Part shown: piece by piece, positions 58,416-64,000 of the stretch
How the letters are laid out: the number at the start of each line of letters is the position of its first letter
Position numbering within the stretch: the first letter of the stretch is position 1
Assembly: GCF_024223415.1 (NCBI RefSeq)
Contig: NZ_CP100500.1
DNA: 64,000 bases
Strand: one strand, 5' to 3'
Origin: Escherichia coli
GTDB lineage: Bacteria; Pseudomonadota; Gammaproteobacteria; Enterobacterales; Enterobacteriaceae
Translations under genes and position numbers: made by a program
Notes under the pieces: generated by a model
Databases searched by the model: none
What the model was told of the DNA's origin: nothing
The model's input: the letters and a program-made list of their open reading frames with translations, nothing else

Positions 58416-59816
58416 TTAATCCATCTCTTCCGCTGAGGTAATACCAGGCAGAACGTTTTCCTGTCGGTAGCCACCAGGGAGGATAATATTTAATAAAATC
58501 GCAGTTAACCCGCCAGCACAAATAGGGTTTTCAACTAATACATAAATAGAGGCTGGCAATATTTTAAAAATTTCGGGATCGTAGGAGACGCCAAGCCCTA
58601 AACCTAAAGAAGTGGCGACAATAAGTGTTTCACGCCGCTTTAATCCGTTGGTGATGATGATGCGAATCCCAGCGATGGCAATCATGGAAAACATCAACGT
58701 CATTGCGCCTCCCAGAACTGCCGAGGGAATGGTCGTGAAGAAGCCGCCAATCATCGGAAATAAGCCGAGGATAACCAGCATTACCGCGATGGTTCGCCCG
58801 ACATAACGTGAAGCGACGCCAGTCATCTGAATAACCCCATTATTTTGCGCAAACGTGGTTAATGGTAATGAACCAACAGCGGAGGCGATAACAGAAACCA
58901 GACCATCTGCCAGCACGCCGCCTTTCAGTCGGGACTGATACTCTTCCCCCTGAATGGGGCGGCGGGAAACCATTGCCGTGGCGGTGATATCGCCGACTGC
59001 TTCCAGCACGCTAAGCAGATAAATCGTGCCAACCACCAGGAACTGATGGAAGCTAAAACTAAAGCCGTATTTGAACGGATGCGGGATGGTGATTAACGGC
59101 AGATTGCGCATACTGCTGAAATCCACCATGCCCAGGCATAACGATGCGATATAGCCGACACATAGCCCAATGGCGATCCCTCCCATGCGTAGCAACGGAC
59201 TGCGACAGCAGTTAAATCCGATCACCACAATTAAAACCAATAAACCAACGCCGAGATGTTCGTAATTGCCGAACGTACCGCTGCTTTTGGCTGCAAATCC
59301 TCCACCAAAATCGATAATGCCGACTTTAATCAGGCTTAAGCCGATCATCAGTACCACAATACCGCTGACGGTAGGCGTAATAACCCGACGTAAATAGGGC
59401 AAGATAAATGAAGATCCGACAACCAGAAATGCGCCAACGAAGGAGACGCCGAGAAGCGACGACATGATTAACTCTTCGTGAAAACCGTCGCTTTTCATGC
59501 TGCTGCCCAGCGCAATCATGACCGTAACAAATGAAAAATTGACTGACTGAATTGAGAGTAGGCCAGAACCGACGATGCCGTAGCGGTTTACTTGTAACCA
59601 GGTACCAATACCAGAGGCGATCATCGCCATAGAAACAAGATAGGCGGTTGTTTCAGCGGAAAGCTGTAAGGCCGCACCCACGATTAACGCGGGGGTTACC
59701 ATCGGAACGAAAATTGCCAACAGATGGGTAATGGCACCAACGAGAGCCTGATGAAAGGGAGGGCGATCCTCCAGTTCAAATATAAGGTCAGAACCTGCAT
59801 GGTTTATATCAGACAT
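58416..59816 (-). CDS. xanQ: xanthine permease, NCS2 family
   Basis: Start MSDINHAGSDLIFELEDRPPFHQ, 466 aa. Confidence 0.9.
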   Translation of the reverse strand: MSDINHAGSDLIFELEDRPPFHQALVGAITHLLAIFVPMVTPALIVGAALQLSAETTAYLVSMAMIASGIGTWLQVNRYGIVGSGLLSIQSVNFSFVTVMIALGSSMKSDGFHEELIMSSLLGVSFVGAFLVVGSSFILPYLRRVITPTVSGIVVLMIGLSLIKVGIIDFGGGFAAKSSGTFGNYEHLGVGLLVLIVVIGFNCCRSPLLRMGGIAIGLCVGYIASLCLGMVDFSSMRNLPLITIPHPFKYGFSFSFHQFLVVGTIYLLSVLEAVGDITATAMVSRRPIQGEEYQSRLKGGVLADGLVSVIASAVGSLPLTTFAQNNGVIQMTGVASRYVGRTIAVMLVILGLFPMIGGFFTTIPSAVLGGAMTLMFSMIAIAGIRIIITNGLKRRETLIVATSLGLGLGVSYDPEIFKILPASIYVLVENPICAGGLTAILLNIILPGGYRQENVLPGITSAEEMD

Positions 59817-59980
59817 CCCTTCACTCCTTTTAAAGTAAATTTGATCATCTGAATTAGTAAAATAAATTCCCACGAATTTGGGGCGCAGGACGCCTTGAGA
59901 ACGGCTTATCTCATTTTCGCAGTCACTATTTAGTCATCGTTCAAACAGAGAAACAGGCCGCCGAAGCGGCCATTTATTAC

Positions 59981-62851
59981 TTATATTTTTTCCAGCGCGG
60001 TGAGTATTTTCTCCGGTGTGAAATGCCATTCGCGTAACCAGATGCCGCAGGCATCGTGAATTGCGGTAGCAATCGCCGGAGCTGCGCCATTTACACCAAT
60101 TTCCGAGATCGATTTCGCCCCGAACGGGCCGACTTTATCGTCGCTCGGCACCAACACAGCGCGGAAATCACGCGGAATGTCACCAATTTTCGGTGCGCCG
60201 TAACTGCGTAAATCACGCGTTAACGGGTGACCTTCGGCGTCATAAATGATCTCTTCGCTCATACTGTGGCCGATAGCACGCAGGGTGGCACCGTAGATTT
60301 GTCCCAACGCTAACTCTGGATTGACCGGTGTACCGCAGTCCAGCAGGGCGTAGAATTTATCCAGGCGGATTTCACCCGTACGCGTGTTGACGGCAACTTC
60401 AGCGAAGTTTGCGCCATACGGGAAAGCGAAATCAGGCGTGATATAACTGCCAGTTCCCACCAGTGAACCAAAGCCGGTGCCGGTTTCGCCTTTATGGGCA
60501 ATATCCCCGAAACTAACTTCGCCTTTCTTGCCGCGCACGACGCCCGGCGTTGCTAGTTGAACATCTGCCACTGGCTCACCCAACATTTGCGCGCCGTGGA
60601 ACAGAATTTTCTCCCGCAGATTTTCCGCTGCCAAACGCGCCGCGTTACCCGAGAAGCAAGTACCGGACGAGGCATATGCGCCTTTATCAAACAACGCATG
60701 ATCGGTATCACCGGAGATAACATGCACGTCCTGCGGTGGGCAGTGCAGCACTTCTGCTGCCAGTTTCGTCACTACAGTATCCAGACCAGTACCAATATCC
60801 GCACCGCCAGAATGAACGATAAAGGTGCCGTCCGATTCCAGTTTGATCATGCAGTTAGCCTGATCGATATCCGGGATACCCGATTTCTGCATGATAATGG
60901 CGACGCCGCGACCGATGTGCCAGTCACCATTTTGCGGTTTCGGTGAAGACCATTGGATCATCTCGCGACCCTGGCGCAGGATCTCTTCCAGTGCGCAGCT
61001 GGCGGCGGAAGGAACGGAGGTTGGCGCTTTACCTTCACCAATTGCACCGAGAATTTTCAGCTCTTGCCCTTCGTGTACCCGGTTACGTTCGATAATTTCC
61101 AGTTGGTCGATCTGTAACTGTTCAGCAAGTTCCGCTAATGCCATGGTGATAGCGAAGTTACCTTTCGGTGCTCCATAACCCTGATAAGCACCATTTGGGC
61201 AAATGTTGCTGTAGTAGGTGGTGACCTGGAAATCGACGTTATCGCACGGATATAAGGGCAGCGACAGCGCCGGTCCGTTACACGGTACGGTGAGTGAGTG
61301 GTTGCCGTAAGGGCCAGTGTTGGCGCGGAAATCCATCTTCACTGCCGTCAGGCGACCATCTTTTTTCGCTCCCAGTTTGACGGTGACTTTCGCGACGTGA
61401 CGAGAGGTGTTAGCAATAAACTCTTCTTCACGGGTGTAGCGGAACAGTACCGGACGCCCGGTCACGCAGGTTGCCCATGCGCACACTTCTTCCAGCAGGA
61501 TGTCCTGTTTGGAACCAAAACCGCCGCCAACTCGCTCTTTAATGACATGAACTTTATGCTGTTTCATGCCCACGAGGCGCGCGACCTGGCGGCGTAAGTG
61601 CCATGGTACCTGGGTGGAGGCGTGGATAACCAGACGATCGCCATCCATGCGGGTAAAGCAGATATGTGTTTCAGTCGGGCACTGCTGCGCCTGCGTTGAG
61701 TTATAGGTTCGCTCAATGATCACATCGGCATCGGCAAAGCCTTTGTCCATATCGCCAATATGACCATGAATACTGGCGGCGATATTTTTGCGGGGGCGAG
61801 AACCGATCGGGAAGTTAATGATCATATGCTCGCCGCGCTGGGCTGCATGGCTGTTATCGTCTTCCAGAGTATCTGGCGCACCAGCAACATACACCACCGG
61901 TTCATCGTGCACGACAGGCGCATCTTCCGCCATTGCTTCGTCGATCGACATTACCGGCTTAAGCACTTCATATTCAACGTCGATAAGCTTCAGTGCTTCG
62001 AGCGCAATTTCTTCACTTTCTGCGACCACCGCAGCAACACGATCGCCGACGTGACGCATTTTCTTGCCGAACATACGGCGGTCAAGCGGTGACGGTTCCG
62101 GTGCGCTCTGCCCCCCCGGGGTATAGTAGATATCCGGGCAATTCAGATGAGTAATAACGTGAACGACGCCCGGTAAGGCTTCAGCTTTGCTGACATCCAG
62201 ATGAGTAATCAGTGCGTGAGCGTGTGGGCTACGTAACATTTTAATGACGCAGGCGTCAGCCGTTACGCGGTCTTCAACATAGCAGGGTTTCGCCTGCACC
62301 ATTTTCGCGGCATCAGTTTTAGGATAATGCTTGCCAATGACTTCAAGGTCGTCACGGAAAGTCGGAGCGATATCAATGGTGGCCTGCGGATTATTTTTAC
62401 GTGCAACCGCCAGTTCAATGACCTGATAGTATTGCTGCCAGCCAGCATCGCGGCTGAACAAACCAGAAAGCGCGTCGTCGATCTCTTCGCGGGTAGGTGC
62501 GGCGATACGATCGAGAAGATCGGTGATAATCAGAGCCGCAGCTGGATCGTTATAACCAGACTGCACCACGCCAACATCAACCATTGCCTGTTGAACCAGA
62601 CTTAACTCGTTCCATTTGCCCAGAGATTCTGCGGTACGAATATCTGCCTTCTCTAACTGTGCGGCAATAAGCAAGGACGCGTTAACGATATTACCGTTAA
62701 AGATTATTGCGTCAGAACCGGCAAACCCGAAGCCATCATCACTGTTGCGTACAGAGTGCATTCCCATGTTAAACAACAGCTTTTGCACGTTTTCGCCTGG
62801 ATTAACGGTTAGCTCCTGAGGCGCGCCATTTAAAGTAAAGTGGATGATCAT
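59981..62851 (-). CDS. xdhD: molybdopterin-dependent xanthine-dehydrogenase-family oxidoreductase (fused 2Fe-2S and Mo-binding domains)
   Basis: 956 aa; synteny. Confidence 0.9.
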   Translation of the reverse strand: MIIHFTLNGAPQELTVNPGENVQKLLFNMGMHSVRNSDDGFGFAGSDAIIFNGNIVNASLLIAAQLEKADIRTAESLGKWNELSLVQQAMVDVGVVQSGYNDPAAALIITDLLDRIAAPTREEIDDALSGLFSRDAGWQQYYQVIELAVARKNNPQATIDIAPTFRDDLEVIGKHYPKTDAAKMVQAKPCYVEDRVTADACVIKMLRSPHAHALITHLDVSKAEALPGVVHVITHLNCPDIYYTPGGQSAPEPSPLDRRMFGKKMRHVGDRVAAVVAESEEIALEALKLIDVEYEVLKPVMSIDEAMAEDAPVVHDEPVVYVAGAPDTLEDDNSHAAQRGEHMIINFPIGSRPRKNIAASIHGHIGDMDKGFADADVIIERTYNSTQAQQCPTETHICFTRMDGDRLVIHASTQVPWHLRRQVARLVGMKQHKVHVIKERVGGGFGSKQDILLEEVCAWATCVTGRPVLFRYTREEEFIANTSRHVAKVTVKLGAKKDGRLTAVKMDFRANTGPYGNHSLTVPCNGPALSLPLYPCDNVDFQVTTYYSNICPNGAYQGYGAPKGNFAITMALAELAEQLQIDQLEIIERNRVHEGQELKILGAIGEGKAPTSVPSAASCALEEILRQGREMIQWSSPKPQNGDWHIGRGVAIIMQKSGIPDIDQANCMIKLESDGTFIVHSGGADIGTGLDTVVTKLAAEVLHCPPQDVHVISGDTDHALFDKGAYASSGTCFSGNAARLAAENLREKILFHGAQMLGEPVADVQLATPGVVRGKKGEVSFGDIAHKGETGTGFGSLVGTGSYITPDFAFPYGANFAEVAVNTRTGEIRLDKFYALLDCGTPVNPELALGQIYGATLRAIGHSMSEEIIYDAEGHPLTRDLRSYGAPKIGDIPRDFRAVLVPSDDKVGPFGAKSISEIGVNGAAPAIATAIHDACGIWLREWHFTPEKILTALEKI

Positions 62852-63627
62852 ACGGCTTCCTCCCCAGCCTGTTGGCAGTCGGCATACAGGTCGGCTACCA
62901 GAACTCCCGTGATATAGCGTTTATAGGCCACGCTGCCCCGCAAATCTTCCTGCGGGAAAATGGCGTTGGCGACAGCCTGTTCAAGTGCATTGCCTTCCAG
63001 ATTTTGTTTTTCGACATCGTGCAGACGCAGTGCTTTACTGGCGACGCCATCCAGCGCAATTCGCATACCGTCGTGGTCTGTCATTGCAACGGCTGCCGTC
63101 ACGACGGTTAAACCTGCCTGAGAACGGCTAATTTTCCGGGTCGCACAGGTGCGATACGGATCTTTAATGATAATTTCGGTTAGCAGGCGATCGCATGGGC
63201 AGGCCAGGTAGTCCTCGATTGACAGCGTTTCGCCGTTGCCAAAAACCAGTTCAGCATCCAGTGCCAGCAGGACGGGAAGCAGCACCGACTCTTCCTGGCG
63301 GGCGGCGATTTCACCACCAATGGTCGACTGATTACGAACATGGCGTGAGTAAACAAAACCGAGGGCTTCACGCAGTGCTGCAGGAATAAATCGCGCATCA
63401 CGCAGTGGCTGCAAGCGAGACATTGCACCAATCCGCAGAGCACCGTTATCCCAGTCAACCCAGTCTAGTTCCAGATCCTGTAAGGAAATGGCAATCTTTT
63501 TATCGGTACGGGTTGGTGTAGCGTTGAGTTTGCTGCCCCCGGCGAACCAGACGGCTTCATCCTGGTAGCGGCGCTTCAGTTCCAGCGCCTGTTCGACAGA
63601 GTCGGGCCTGAAAAATTGTTCAATCAT
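62848..63627 (-). CDS. ygfM: FAD-binding subunit of xanthine-dehydrogenase-like enzyme
   Basis: 259 aa; overlaps xdhD start. Confidence 0.85.
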   Translation of the reverse strand: MIEQFFRPDSVEQALELKRRYQDEAVWFAGGSKLNATPTRTDKKIAISLQDLELDWVDWDNGALRIGAMSRLQPLRDARFIPAALREALGFVYSRHVRNQSTIGGEIAARQEESVLLPVLLALDAELVFGNGETLSIEDYLACPCDRLLTEIIIKDPYRTCATRKISRSQAGLTVVTAAVAMTDHDGMRIALDGVASKALRLHDVEKQNLEGNALEQAVANAIFPQEDLRGSVAYKRYITGVLVADLYADCQQAGEEAV

Positions 63628-63677
63628 CTTCTTTCCTTATTTAACCCTCTTCCCTGCGGGAAGAGGGCATCTGTCAT

Positions 63678-64000
63678 TTATGCCAGCGCATCCATCCGAC
63701 GCCACATACTGGCAGCGGCTTTTCTGGCTTGTGCATAAATGGAATCGCAATCGAAGTTAAACTGACGGTCTTCATAGACCATCACACCATTGACCATCAC
63801 GCTGTGAACGCTGCCTGAGCCCATACCGAAAGCGATATGCCCGGCGATATTGTCTGCCAGCAGCGGCGTCGGCGAGTTGTAATCGCAAATGGTTAAATCA
63901 GCTTTGTAACCGGCTTCCAGAAGCCCAAATTTCGCGCCAAAGTTGCGGCTCATCAGTTCGTTACCGTTAGTCAGGGCTTTGGCAAAACTGTCAGGCCACA
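63678..64000 (-). CDS. ssnA: putative aminohydrolase (chlorohydrolase family), C-terminal part; 5' end beyond window
   Basis: Open minus-strand frame running to the window edge; synteny. Confidence 0.75.
   Translation of the reverse strand, partial: WPDSFAKALTNGNELMSRNFGAKFGLLEAGYKADLTICDYNSPTPLLADNIAGHIAFGMGSGSVHSVMVNGVMVYEDRQFNFDCDSIYAQARKAAASMWRRMDALA

Overview
The window is an Escherichia coli/Shigella-type chromosomal segment, reverse-oriented relative to K-12 numbering. Gene order read from the ORF track: cmtA (3' part), yggP, yggF, yggD, yggC, epd-pgk-fbaA, mscS, argO, yggE, ygfI, scpC-scpB-argK-scpA, argP, rpiA, serA, ygfA/ssrS/zapA, ygfB-pepP-ubiH-ubiI, gcvTHP, bglA, yqfB, yqfA, ygfZ, sdhE-ygfX, fldB, xerD-dsbC-recJ-prfB-lysS, idi, uacT, ygfT-ygfS, ghxQ-guaD-xanQ, xdhD-ygfM-ssnA (5' part off-window). 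Gene names are assigned from recognised protein sequences and synteny, by memory only; no search was run. Three regions do not fit the K-12-like backbone as I remember it: (1) a five-gene minus-strand operon at 4471-7547 between yggC and epd encoding a DUF296-like protein plus an ECF-type transporter (S, T and two ATPases, one with a degenerate signature motif); (2) a two-gene insert at about 12680-14950 between mscS and argO, encoding a signal-peptide DctP-like orphan binding protein and an AT-richer 309-aa protein of unknown function; (3) a 1432-bp IS3-family (IS150-group, IS1397-like) element at 40398-41829 inserted in a REP palindrome with a 4-bp GCCA duplication. Small features missed by the ORF track include the ibsC/sibC type I toxin-antitoxin locus, 6S RNA, an ERIC repeat, BIME/REP repeats and the prfB +1 frameshift site. 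ygfF appears to be absent between gcvP and bglA. The most likely candidates for an undescribed system are the two accessory islands; I cannot assign either a function from sequence alone.
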